A stretch of DNA of 64,000 nucleotides from Octopus sinensis (GCF_006345805.1 NC_043000.1:94860001-94924000); one strand, 5' to 3'; counted from the first letter of the stretch, positions 1-13,276 are shown. Made by a program: numbers and translations. Notes: generated from the sequence alone by a model not told the origin.

Positions 1-532
1 TTTTGAGTATTGTATTATCGACTATTCTCTAGATGTTCCCTTTCTCAATGACATGCAAAATATCAGTCGGTTGTTGGTATTACTATTATATAATTATAAA
101 CAGCAAAACATAAGTTTGTTGGAGAAAATGTCTACATGTTTGAACGGCACACATTGAACGTACCATCCGAATTATTTAGTTCTTGTAAACAGGTCGTTAA
201 TTATTTTCAATTTATTTATGTCGGGTTTCTACTAATAATCCTTAACCTAGTACTTTGATTCCTTATTTAATGTCAAATCAACACTTCCTTCTCAAATAAA
301 CAAGTCCTTTTTTCATCAAGTAGCTGTTGGTACTAATTTTTACTCGTAGCATATCCTTATGTAAGTTCTGGTTGAAGAGGACTTAACAACTGATCTTGTA
401 AGCCATGACGCTTTCGACATTTTTTAAAGCATATTGCATGAAATACCACACTAGGCAATGGGTCATTACACATTTAAGGCGGCTGAGTTTCAGTTGAGAG
501 AGAGAGAGTGAGGGCGAGAGAAAGAGTCAATA

Positions 533-1045
533 CCGTAAATCCTCGAGTATAGTCCGTCCTTGAGTATAATACGCAGGGGATTTTTAATGGGCTGTACCTC
601 TGAAAAACCTAAACCTTGTGTATAATACGCACCCCTTCTCTAACTTGAGACAAGGAGGTCCATATAACGTCCTTGGTTTGTAAAACATTATACGTTAACA
701 TCCTTTATTATTATTGTATATATAACATAATGCAAACGTGTAGCTTTTTTGTGCATTTTGTTTGCAGAAAATAAAGAAATAACAGTAATAACGTTTAATA
801 AATGTTGCTTACTGCATGTTATGGATGATTCTTTTACGACTTCATTGCGTTCTGGCTTAGCTTAAGGTATTTTCGCGCTCGACATCACAAAATGTGTCTG
901 AATAAAAACTTTTGGACAGTAAATAGAGACTCGGACATTGCTGAGAAAAAAATTTTTATTTTTAACCTTGTATATAGTACGTACCAGGGATTTTGACCTT
1001 TAAATTTCGGGGAAAAAAACGCGGATTATACTCGAGGATTTATGG
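533..1045. mobile_element. MITE, Tc1/mariner superfamily (pogo/Tigger-like ends)
   Basis: TIRs CCGTAAATCCTCGAGTATAGTCCG (from 533) and CGGATTATACTCGAGGATTTATGG (to 1045); TA duplication at 531-532 and 1046-1047; internal GTATAATACG subterminal repeats; no ORF. Confidence 0.75.
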
Positions 1046-2763
1046 TACTATTAGCGCATCTACCTATCAAATGAAGTCTGCTTCAGTATAACATCCCAAA
1101 AGTAAATGCGTCAATTTGATCTACCAAGTAGAATTCCCTTTTCCGTGTAGTTTGCTGCGCACCTACTGAAGCATAAAACGGATATGATCCTCAAAAGTTG
1201 AAATTTTTGTCAATAAACATAATACAGTGTCGATGATAGAATGCGAACCATTAAAATTTTGGCTATTTTTCTAATACACTAGCTTATGTATCACTTTTAC
1301 GTTTCTGTGATGAAATATGATTTTGTAATGTTTATTAAATTTTGATAGCAATAACAGGAATGAAACATTTACAATTGAGGACATATGTGTCCTGTTTAAT
1401 AAGTGCACATATGTGTTTGCCAATTATGTGTGTTCTTAGTTTATATGTGTTTCGTATGTGTTTGTCGTTGTTTGTGTGAGTTTAACTGTGCTCACATATG
1501 CGTATAGTGGAAGGGAAAAAAACCGAACATTGATTTTGCTTAATTAAACTCGATATTAATTGCGACTGTTTTTAGTACTTTTTTTTCCTATTTATGTTCT
1601 TGAGAGTGTTTCCAGATATGTTCGACGCTCAAGACAACAACTTATACAATAAAATAATAAATTATACGATAAAATATTAAATTATATAATAAAGCAATCT
1701 TCAAAACGAAAACAATGGAAATGAATTCACACATAAAATTCGTCTGAACGAAGGATTTTGCAGTTAATTTTTGTATTAATCAATACAAGTACATCCCCCT
1801 CTTAGAATGAGAGAAACATTACAAAATTTCTTATTGTTAAAAATGAAGCAGCTGAAATCTATAACAATATGATTCAGTAAATTTTATCTAAAAAATTATT
1901 TAAATTTAGAATTAAAGCACACATGATGTGCATATGATTCAAAATTAGCTGCTCATTTGTTTTAGTAAAATAAAGACAGTCTAGCATGTAAAATTTACCA
2001 ACGTGTGATAAACATGGTAGATTGATAAACAACGTCCAAATAAAAATCACTCCTACACATCAACATGATCTGACATTCCACAGATTACAGAGGCAGTACA
2101 CATACAAGGAACAAAAGTGTGAGTGTATATGTGTGCTGATGGGAATATACATATATCAAAAATAGGGTGAATTGATGCTCCATTATGTTGGATTTTAATG
2201 AAGAATGGAGTCATTTTTCGAAATATTCGTTATATCTCTCAGATTTTGTTCCTCCATATCTATCGTAATAAGTATCGGAAACATATCCGGTGTAGCCAAT
2301 GGCGTTATATTAGGAAGAGACATGTTCGCTATGTAAAATACCGCGAATGGAAGTCTGAATTCGGAATTCATAGCCATTCCAATTGCTAGATATATAAATT
2401 ACCTTGCAGAGAGTCAAAGGGAAACTCAGCTATGAAAACTAGCAGGAACTTTTAAGTAGGATTCTTTGTACAATGGGAACTTTAATTTGTACGCTATATG
2501 CATCTTTTATCTAAAACACATTTCGTTGGAGGGACGATGGTGAAAAGACCTCCAATGTCTATGGTGAGAGTTCTGTCATGATTTTCAATTTCCTGCAAGC
2601 ACGTATAGCAAACTCTACTCTAATGAATTCATGGTTTGCAACTATATAATAGCGCATCAAAGTCGTAAATGTTTAAAAAGTTGACGAAATGTTCACGGTG
2701 AGATAAACTACAAATAAATATGATTACATGCATACGTTTGCATACGAGTGACGTGAGCGCGTA

Positions 2764-2780
2764 TATATACATACATACAT

Positions 2781-2875
<95 letters not shown>

Positions 2876-2884
2876 TTATATATA

Positions 2885-2928
<44 letters not shown>
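2764..2928. repeat. (CATA)n/(TA)n microsatellite
   Basis: Directly visible. Confidence 0.95.
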
Positions 2929-3027
2929 CATATGAACATTTCACTTTAGTTTGTAAAAGAAAATTACTCAAACTCATAACTAAATAAATAATTGTTTATC
3001 TGCAGACGAAAACATACATACACACTT

Positions 3028-3029
<2 letters not shown>

Positions 3030-3093
<64 letters not shown>

Positions 3094-3120
3094 TGTGTGC
3101 ATGTGTTAGAGTGTGTGTGT
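3030..3120. repeat. (GT)n microsatellite
   Basis: Directly visible. Confidence 0.95.
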
Positions 3121-4305
3121 TTTAGTACGGTTGTTCTTTTTCCTTTGTGATTATAGCCTACCACCACTTGAAAACATGCATATAGTGAAACAGACGGCGG
3201 GAGAGAGAAAGATGAGGTATAATTAGGATTTAGAGCCTTTTAGTATTTTGTAAGTAAGTGGAGTGAACTACTTGCTTTAGTTTATATTCAGTTGGCATTT
3301 TTCAAATATTATTTCATATTTTAGTAAACTGTGACCTAAATACCTATATACCTAGCTAAATTATTGTTTCGTCGCAAATGAAAAGCATTATAGCAGGTAG
3401 ATATACGTTGAACATTATATGACATACGAACATTTTACTATAGCTTTTAAAAAAATTGCAACTGATTTAAGTTATGCAAACTCATAACTAACAAAATAAC
3501 TGTTTGTAAGCAGATAAAAGCATACTTCTCCATAATATATTATTAGATTTTACCTACACTGAATCCCCTATGTATTCTCATTACAACAATTTTTAAAATT
3601 CAACAAATTCGACGAAAATAGACATAAATTATCGAGAAATCTGTCTAATTGAACTTACACTTTATTTAGCTTTACGAACATTCCCTGCAGGTTTGAAAGC
3701 AAACAAACAGTTCTTTCAAGTAAGGAATTTTTGAATTTTACATTTAATCTAACATTTTTTTTCAATATTAATTGTAGATGAAAAAAAAAATTCTTCAAAT
3801 ATTTTTTGTTCAAATGTTATGAATCAGACGTTCTCATAACAACAACACTAGAGCAGATGCATCTAACCCAGAGAAAATATATTCCCGACGGTACATTTTT
3901 GCTTCTCTTTTGCATATTTGAATTGGAGATTATAACTACGGTTTCCAGAGCATATAGTAAAACAACAACGTGACAGAACCAACTAGCCAAGCTCTCATCC
4001 CTCTTTTATTTTTGCTATATAATAGCTTATAAAACTTTATTCAAAGGCCGTCCTACTTCGACATAAGTCAATGATTGTCTCAATTGACTAATAAATTAAT
4101 CCTCCTAACTTAGAATAGAAAGATCCTTACATGTGTATTATAGTTATTTTAACATGTTGGATTGCCTAGCTGGTCACGTGGATTGATGTGAAAGATGCAT
4201 AACGTTGTTTGTGGGCAGAGTTAATTAATTCTAAGCTGGCAAGAAGATAATTATTTTGCCAGTCAGTTTTATTATATACTTGAGTGTTACCCGTCATATA
4301 TATCA

Positions 4306-4338
<33 letters not shown>

Positions 4339-4634
4339 ACACACACACACACACTCGCACGCGCACACATACACATGTATACTTTTGCCACCATAGGTAA
4401 TATCAGTGAAGATGACATACATGAAATCAATATTATTTCATTTTTATTAAATTTCTTATCGCTTACAGAAGATGATGAAATTAATAATAATTTTTAAAAG
4501 GAAATTATTTATTACTTTAAAACAAAACAAAATAAAGCGAACTTCTCATCTGTATAACTCCTCCCATAACTACTGTTTCGTTTACTTCCCGGTTTCTCAC
4601 AGTGAATGAGTGTATTTCTCTTTTCTCTTTCGCC

Positions 4635-4901
4635 CTTTTCAAGCCTAGCCAGGCTCATAGACCCGGTTTCTGTGGTGTATGTGTTCCCCCCAGCTGGACG
4701 GGACGCTAGTCAATCGCAGCGTTACTCAAGAAACAGGAAGAGAGAGTGAGAAAAAGTTGTGGCGAAAGAGTACAACAGGGGTCGCCACCACCCCCTGCCG
4801 GAGCCTCGTGGTAGGGCTCTTAGGTGTTTTCGCTCAATAAACACACACAACGCCCGGCTCTCCGACCGTGAGTCCGCTGCCCTAGCCATTGCGCCTCCAC
4901 A
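4635..4901 (-). mobile_element. tRNA-derived SINE (my label: family C)
   Basis: Minus-strand head TGTGGAGGCGCAATGGC...; body nearly co-linear with the copy at 57095-57372. Confidence 0.75.
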
Positions 4902-5348
4902 ATAAGTGTACTTAGGGTTCTTTTATTCATTGTCTGCTTCCCTGCCTCATATGTTCACTTATTTTACACGTCTCATATTAACCTACTCTGTAGCTTTCTT
5001 TTATGCACACGCACACACACACATACACACACACACATACACACACACACATACACACACACACATACACACACACGCGCGCACGTACACACATTCTCTC
5101 TTACCCTTTCTGTCGATAGTACGTGAAATGTGAGTAGCCAACATTTATATCAGCTATGATTATGTAGAAATCACATAAAACGGTTTCTTATTTAGGCACA
5201 AGACCACTGTACCACCTCAAATTGGTATATTTTTATATACACCAAGCGATGAACGTAAACTTAAGCTACATACATACATGTATAATACGTGTGTGTGTAT
5301 GTGTATGCGTGTGTGCATCTGCATGTGTGTGTGGGTGTGTGAATTCAT

Positions 5349-5349
5349 G

Positions 5350-5436
<87 letters not shown>

Positions 5437-5445
5437 GTAGGTAGG

Positions 5446-5527
<82 letters not shown>
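5349..5527. repeat. (AGAT)n microsatellite
   Basis: Directly visible. Confidence 0.95.
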
Positions 5528-5528
<1 letters not shown>

Positions 5529-5619
5529 CTTTAAAACAGCCCAATGAGAGGCACTTTAGATCACTCGATTTGCAAGAAATAGCAGGCATATTTCATCCAA
5601 ATTAGACCGTAGTTTCCTA

Positions 5620-6300
5620 AGACTATGACAAAATCTATAATGTAATCTGGAGTATTACGCACAGGAAAAATTATGAGATGCTCTGATGACATTTTTAATT
5701 TGTCAAGATCAGCTTGGAATTAAGCAACAGCAACTACGATACAAAGAACATAATGAGTGTCACTACATGTGTTTCATGCGATCACCTTACGTAAGACATG
5801 TAAGGAAATTGTTAGAAATATTAATGATTCAACAAGGAGGCCTAACACTAACCATTCTGATGCTAGTATCCGTTAAAATATGGCGAAAACCTTTCAGCTT
5901 GACACTCTTCTCAGGCAGCGAAGCCTGCGTTGGCTGGATCACGTCAAATGGAGGATGGCCACATCCGGAAGGTTACCCTCTCTGAAGAACCGGCTTCTTA
6001 GAGAGTCATTTACCGGCAAAAGCTACTTTCAGACTGGTCTGCATGTGAACTATGAAGGTGCTCTGTATTAATACAAAATCTTGGGAGAGATTTTCAGATG
6101 ATCGAATGAAGTTTAAGGGTATCCTGAGCTGATATCTAAAGATGGGAGATGCTAAACATTGCAGCGTAAGAGTAGGTATGAATGAAGGAGCACTGCAATA
6201 CAAAAAACCGATGATCTAGTACAGCTGTGATTTCTGTAACAGAGTATGTCACTCCAGTCTAGCATTGGGCTTTACTGCCAATAGTGACGCTGCTTCTTAA
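5620..6300 (+). mobile_element. RTE-clade LINE 3' fragment, decayed
   Basis: LLRQRSLRWLDHV.RM matches the RTE C-terminal RRLRWLGHV.RM motif; frameshifts and stops. Confidence 0.7.
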
Positions 6301-6999
6301 TAAAAAAAATACATCAATGATGTAGCCCATGGTTTGTTCATGGCCGAAAAAACCTACAATGATAACTGCTGTACAGTAGTACATACATAGTATTCAGATA
6401 TACTATATCCAACATGTACCAGTATGATACAGAAGACATAAGAGATCCGCAGAAGTATAAATTGAGACGTAGGACAAAAATTGAACTCCAATTTATGATA
6501 AAGCAGATTTGCAATAAGCAAAAATATCTTTAAAAAATAGAATTATCCACACTCAGAATAAGCGCTGAAAATATTAAAAAAAAAACAGAACTGAGCACAT
6601 ATAAAGTATATTTCTCCTGAAAGCTGTACAAATACATCCACCACAAGCACAATACGAGAGTCCTTATATCATGAAGGAGGATAACACAGGAGAATGACTA
6701 CATAGATAAAGCCCTCAATGCATAAGGATCATAATGCAAAACGAAATGATGGAAACAAAAGGCAGATAAAACAAAGGCAGATATAAAGCTTTTTTTTTTA
6801 ATATGAGAACCTGATAATAGCGGCAACGACCGCAGAAGTGATACAAAGAGAAACATCCTCCATGCCATTACTTAAATATGTATTCAACGCGTTAAATAAT
6901 ACTTATAATAAAAATAGTGATAATTATATGTCAGCCTCAAATAAGTACACTAATGGCTATAACTAATGGCACTAATCCAAACTGATAGAAAATAAAGAC

Positions 7000-7345
7000 A
7001 TCATCATTGTTTGAGACTTTAGTATACAAATTTATCGAGCTATTCGGATCAATAGGCCATATATGGTGGGAGAAATAACACTAACATAGCATGTTTGTTC
7101 ATAGATATGTCAATCCCAACAGAGCGCAACACTTCTGTCAATACATTTGAAGAGTTAATTAAATACAACGACCTTCAAGTAGAGGTCTCAACAATGGTGC
7201 ATCTAAGAAAATCTACACATGTGATCATTAGGGCTTTGGAGATCGCAAATGACATCCTTAAACACTATGGTTAAATCCCAGGAAAACCGAAAGTATCAAA
7301 ACTACAAAGAATTGTTCACATAGGAACTTACAACATTAAAAAAAG
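7000..7345 (+). mobile_element. R4/Dong-like restriction-like endonuclease fragment
   Basis: Translation ACLFIDMSIPTERN...KYNDLQVE resembles LLIDMSIPCDHN...KYKDL of the 47.7 kb ORF. Confidence 0.65.
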
Positions 7346-7379
7346 TACTATCAGCCTCAGAATATCTGATTCTCTTTTA

Positions 7380-8780
7380 ACATCTATTTCAAAATCGCAA
7401 ATATTAGCTTAGCGGTATTGAGTAGCAAGCAGGATATCGGCCTGTAATTGTCCACCGTATTGCCTTTCTCAGTGTTTTTCAAGCATAGCACTGTCATACC
7501 TATTGTCAACCACTCTAGTGTTACTTGGTTGGCATTTAACAAGGTGTTGAGTTGTGCAGCTATTCGTGCATGACACTCACAAAATCTTTTGATCCAGTAG
7601 CCTTGAACGCCATCTGGTCCCGGGGCCCTAAAGTTGCCCATTTTCTCTTTTCTTTTTTCTTTGCTGATTTCCTTCAGTTCCACAACTGAAATGACTTGTT
7701 TTGCCTGTTTTGGACAGACTACTGTTTGCTTCAGTTTTTGTAACTATTCAGCATCCTTCTTGTGCTCCTTGTCTTTGCTCTAGATTTCACTCCAAAACTT
7801 TTGACTTTCAATGTTATCTGGTATCAACTTTTCATCTGTACACTCTCCATTTATTTCTTCGTACAATCTCTTCTGATCTAATCTGAATAACTTATTCTGC
7901 TGGTAACCCTTCATTATTTAGTCGTCTTTGCTTTCTTTGCAACGAGGTGCTGTTTCAATTCCTTCATTACGACGTTCAAGCCCTTCCTTTCAATATCATA
8001 CTTTCTATTCAGTGACCTGTATTTTTGTTCACTTTTAAGCTCGATCCTTCCCTTTTCGGTCTAACACAGAAATGTCTTTCAAGAGCATATTTAACTCCGC
8101 CTGTATTCTTCTTTTTCACTATGGATCTTTTCTTTTGTCACTCCCATTATATTTATTTTTATTGACATCAACACCTATATTATTTTCTGCTACAAGAATA
8201 CTTACTGCCTTGATCAAATTGTTTTTTCTGTGATCTATTTTGTTCTGATGTAATTCAGAATCTCATTGACATTTTTCGTTTCTTGGTACGATTTCCACCG
8301 ATCAATCTTTTTTAAGGTTGCAAATAATGTTGCTATCGTTCTCCTGTAGCTTTGTCTTTATTGTGTCGTATATTACTTTTTGCCTATCTGTTACCATTAG
8401 TTTTATTGTCTTCTTCCAAACCATCTATATATTTCTCATCGAGCAAGATATCACTGTTCCTTTCCTGTGTTTTATTAGATATTTCACCTCTGTTTTCTGC
8501 TAAGAGATTACTTTTATCAGCAGGAACTATATTTTCATCGTTTCCTCTGTTGCTGTTTTCCAATACCCATCTTTAGATAGCTTCGAGCTCTACTTCTGTG
8601 AAACAATGATGTTTTCTTTTTGCTCTGGCTTGATCACATAATCTCTATTCCGTGAGTTGAAACAATCCTATTTCCCTCCATTGATCATAAATACGTTGTC
8701 GGTATCCCTAAGATGATCCCCATTTTCGTCTACGGGTTGCTCAGGTAGTAACACTCCATGACCACAGCACTGACTTGTTT
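7380..8780 (-). mobile_element. R4/Dong-like element, 5' half up to start of RT, decayed
   Basis: ORF 7384-7683 contains RAPGPDGVQGYWIK and NYRPISCL (RT N-terminal motifs). Confidence 0.7.
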
Positions 8781-9225
8781 GCTCCAACTAAGCCATATGT
8801 ACTGGTCCTTTGCTGGATAACGAGAGGCGAGAGTCGGACCAGTGTTTCTAAGCTCGCCGGGTGCAACTCTGTCAAGCGCTTTAGTTTCATTATCACCGCT
8901 ATCCACAATATTTATCTCTTTATCATAAGTTTTGTTAGTGCTCCTACGGTCTTACATGCATAGCGGGTTTGCTACCTGCAGCTTACGGTACCATACTATC
9001 CGTTTTCAGCTATCTAATACTTTCCATTTTATTTTGGCCATGCCAAGGAGGCAAACCTTTTGTAACAGTTCTACTGGGTACTCTATTACAATTTCCTTTA
9101 TATTCTTTTCGATGCCTTCTGATACTGTTCCCAAGGACCCATCCATAATTGGCGCTATCTTCACTGTTTTGTGAGAGTACGACCCTCCCCCCTGGTGAGA
9201 ATGGACTGGACTACTACACATAAAT
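8780..9225 (-). mobile_element. R4/Dong-like element 3' end
   Basis: IAPIMDGSLGTV...ELLQKVCLLGMAKI.WKVL resembles the endonuclease C-terminus VIVGALG...EVQKIVLTGT..LRRAL. Confidence 0.65.
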
Positions 9226-9814
9226 AGTAACGGTCTGAGTAACTGAGGTAGTAATAGCTATAGCGAAAGAGGAGATATGGAAGACGCGTGGAAGAGGTAT
9301 AGCATCAGGCACCTTCGTCTCCGGACATGCTTTGGTCAGCCTCTTTTTATATCACTTAGGAAAAGCGTGGCTGAGGAAGAAATGCCTGACATAAAAAAAG
9401 TACGAAAGATAATGGAAGATAGTAGCCCAAATGATGGGTATTTAAGTGCCTAATCAGGCGGAGTAAAAAAAAAGGACGAAGTAAACAGTACAACGCAGGA
9501 ATGTGGTTGGTGGGATCAAACCCATTCTGCGTCCATTCATTTTTGCTTTATTTTCATCCGAAATTATAATGTAGTTATTCATATATGTAATATCATTCGA
9601 TAAGTCCCCGATTCCATTTGCCCCGTGTATTGTCACCTCATTTTAAAACCATTATGGTTTGAATAAAATCATCGCTCTATTTCCACAGTTCGTGTGTTGA
9701 CAGTTCTAAGATGGAGTTAGTGTGATGGATTGTTGGTTCTTAAAAGATACGTTCCACGTGGTTACTGCCGTTTGTTTCCATTATATTGTTATTACATTGT
9801 TGAAGTGTATTATC

Positions 9815-10850
9815 TGATTGTGAATTTGCAATCCCATACTTGGGCGATATTTTGAAGAAGAGTAATTCGCGTGAGCGTCATGTGGAACACATAGCTGTGT
9901 TTAAGAAAATTAAACTTTTCGGGTTCACTTTGAGTGAAGAAAAATGTGAATTCCTTCTACCCCAAATGAAGTACTTACGGCAAATAATTGATAAAAGTGG
10001 TAGATGTCCTGGCCCGTCGAGGGGAGACACAATAAGGAATATGCCTGCACTGACAAATATTCCAACTTTACAAGCATTTCTTGGGCTGGTAAACTACTAT
10101 CAAGGCTACATTCCTAATATGCTCCATTGAACGAATTATTAAAAAAAAAAGAGTAAAGGAGAATTGGCCCACAAAAATGCTAGAACACTTTTGAAGAAAT
10201 GAAAAAAGGCAATCTCAGACCTGTCGTTAGCACATTACTATCCAGAAATGGACATTATTGTAGCGTCTGATGCGTCCAAGCACAGATTAGGTGCAATTCT
10301 ACTTCATAAATACGAAGACGGAAGTACAAAACCAGTGGTTCATGTTTCGCGATCGCTAATAGCGGTAGAGAAGAGATATAGTTAAATTGAAACGGAGGCC
10401 CGAGTAATTATTTTTGCAGTTAACAAATTTCACAGATTTCTACTTGGCAGAAATATTTTATTGCAAACAGACTATGGACCGTTGCTGTCAATTTATGGGT
10501 CTAACAAAGGGTTACCGACTCATACTGTGAACCGCCTGCAACGTTGGGGCGTAATATTACTAAATTATAATTTCAAAATGCAATACATTCCATCGAAAAA
10601 ATCTGTCATGCGGACTGCTGTTCAAGATTAATTCCAAAAACATGGATCCACTAGAAGAGACTATTATAGCTGCTCTGCAGACAGGAAGTGAAATTAGAAG
10701 TGTTATGATGAATGTTATCCAAGAACTACCACTGACAGTACAGGATATAAGAATGAAAGCTGTAGGTGATGAATAAGCAAATAAAAATTCAGATGCCAGT
10801 ATTTGTTCACATTGCGACGATATTCTGATGTATAGCCAATACCTCTCCTA
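9815..10850 (+). mobile_element. Ty3/Gypsy pol fragment (RT C-terminus and RNase H), decayed
   Basis: IPYLGDIL (degenerate YLDD), KCEFLLPQMKYL, LQAFLGLVNYY, IVASDASK, RFLLGRNILLQTDYGPL, NRLQRWG. Confidence 0.9.
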
Positions 10851-11410
10851 ATATTTGATTCTCTGCTGTCAATTCTGTTCTCCAGCATTTCATTCTATTC
10901 CATATAAAGCTTTTCATATTTTCTGCTACTCTATACAGTTCCATTGTTCTGATTATTCAGGAGTGGTATCATATCGTATACTTTACGATAGTCAACCCAT
11001 GTCATGCTCAGGTTTGTATGTCTTCTCTTGCAGTTCCTGATAATTAGATTATCAATTAAGTGTTGACCCTTTGTTCCCCAGCGACTCGGCACCTTTTCTA
11101 TTCAATAGGTAGCAACCCACTTTTTTCAAAAGTATCTATACAGTTCACGGGCCAAAAGTACCTGACATTAGTTTCCACATTGGCAGAAGGCATGTCATTG
11201 CTCTAAAGTTGAATGCAACATTTCCCTTTTCAAGATCCTTGGCACATAACAATGTTTTTCTTTTTGTCATCCAGCTGGGTACTGCGCTTTCCTGCAAGCA
11301 CTCATCTAGTTAATAGTTTCATGGAGTCCTCTCAGCTTCTTCATGCAATAACTTTAGACCCCATCCGGTCCTGGGATCTTCCAATTTTGGAATTTTATAA
11401 ACTGCTTTTT
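10850..11410 (-). mobile_element. R4/Dong-like RT and 3'-end fragments
   Basis: Minus translation [23 protein letters not shown] parallels NCHNKRRNLSSSWIDYKNAFDSI at 52.2 kb. Confidence 0.7.
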
Positions 11411-12047
11411 ATCATTTCTGTATTTATTTTTGTCTTCTCAGTCTTTATTGTTGATGTTGTTGTTGTTGTATATTCGAGTGCAGTATTTACGATGATCGTA
11501 AACAGACGGACGTGGAAAGTCTTACACTGCAAGACTGGCTCTGCGAGAAATTCCTTCTTACGAAGCATGAGGAAGAGCTCGTTTGTCTATGATTGACATC
11601 ATCGGATCACCACATACAGACGTTTCTGCGTCAATGTGCGTCGTCAGCTACATATACCGAATTCGTCATTCACAACCTTACAAAAGCGATAGTTCTTAAA
11701 TATAAAAACATCAAAGAGTACATTCGTTGACGTGCACAAAGCTTGATCAGGCGGAAATTGAAGTCGCTCTATGGGCACGAAAAACTCATGTCGAGACGAT
11801 CACATATTTCTTGGCAGGTATCATGTATCAAGAACATTTAGTATATACTTCTCAATATAATTGAAGCAAAGTTGGTTGCTATATCTATCAAAATGCAGAA
11901 CTGGTGGCTGAATTATCACCTGGCTTGTATATGGTGTATTTAAAATGCTTATATATAGTACATTTTAAGAAGCGAGGCAATTGAAATGAACTATTTAGAG
12001 AGAAAAAGATAGTTCAGTAGATACCTAATACGTAATATACATGCATA

Positions 12048-12048
12048 C

Positions 12049-12134
<86 letters not shown>

Positions 12135-12135
12135 G

Positions 12136-12213
<78 letters not shown>
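12048..12213. repeat. (AGAT)n microsatellite
   Basis: Directly visible. Confidence 0.95.
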
Positions 12214-12215
<2 letters not shown>

Positions 12216-12748
12216 GGGGAGAGACAAAGTTTGGCAGAAAAAGGTAAGGAAAGAGATGGAAATATACAGATAAATATTTGAAATATATTACTTCTGGAGT
12301 TACTTCCACTTTACATTCAATTAAATTAATTTAAGAAATGTAGTTAATAATTATATAATTATTATATGGCTGACAATGTGTTAATGTGAGTCATAGAAAC
12401 AGCTGTAGAGCAAAATATATTTTTGAAATCAATTAGATCCTTTGTTTTCTACTCGTTCTAAATTCTAAAATGAAAATCCTTTCAGACACTAAAATATCAG
12501 CAATATCACATCTGGTATTGCTATTGCATTGACGTAATAATATATTGGAATTTAACAATATGTTAAGCGACTGAGTACCAGAGTCGTCTGGACACACAGA
12601 GGTGCTGTCAAAAATTTAGGACTCACCATTCTTGGCGAACATCTTAACAGCAAACGCACGAAGTGCACTGATATAGATGGTGGCCTATCATACTAAAAAA
12701 TTTGAAGATTCAGAAAAATTATATTGCATATATATAATAGGGATGACT

Positions 12749-13036
12749 ACTAAGTGGACAACCATTATTCTAGATGTAGACCCCATATGGTCTGACCACT
12801 AAGAAAAGATTGTTCTCAAGGAAATTCAGCAAACGCCAGAACGTAAGCGAGCAAGACAAATGAAAAGATACAAAATATATAATATAAAATATATAATATA
12901 TAAAATATATTTTGTATCTTTTCATTTGTCTTGCTCGCTTACGTTCTGGCGTTTGCTGAATTTCCTTGAGAACAATCTTTTCTTAGTGGTCAGACCATAT
13001 GGGGTCTACATCTAGCATAATGGATGTCCACTTAGT
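12749..13036. repeat. Near-perfect long palindrome (about 132-bp arms, 24-nt AT-rich loop)
   Basis: 12749-12880 is the reverse complement of 12905-13036 with 2 mismatches and one 1-nt indel by eye. Confidence 0.95.
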
Positions 13037-13064
13037 GATCCTTCCTCAGATATATATATATATT

Positions 13065-13104
<40 letters not shown>

Positions 13105-13245
13105 CAGAGAGAGACAGAGAGAGAGACAGATGTCTGTAAGTGTGTGTACATATGTATACCCCTACATATTTATAAACAGACATATTTATGTATGTCTATC
13201 TATTCACTTATATGTATACATGCATTTATTTCACTCCTTCCCACC

Positions 13246-13276
<31 letters not shown>

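Noticed and set aside
1380-1505. Recurring ATATGTGT motif with variable spacers (CRISPR-like look)
   Set aside because: Short, irregular and degenerate; best explained as decayed (GT/AT) low complexity
2195-2389. Overlapping 60-aa minus and 63-aa plus ORFs
   Set aside because: No recognisable motif; the nearest minus-strand donor (2402) is too close to the acceptor to form an intron
9280-9640. Possible Gypsy LTR or 60-aa minus ORF
   Set aside because: A TATA-like motif is present, but there is no second LTR, PBS, TG...CA ends or protein motif
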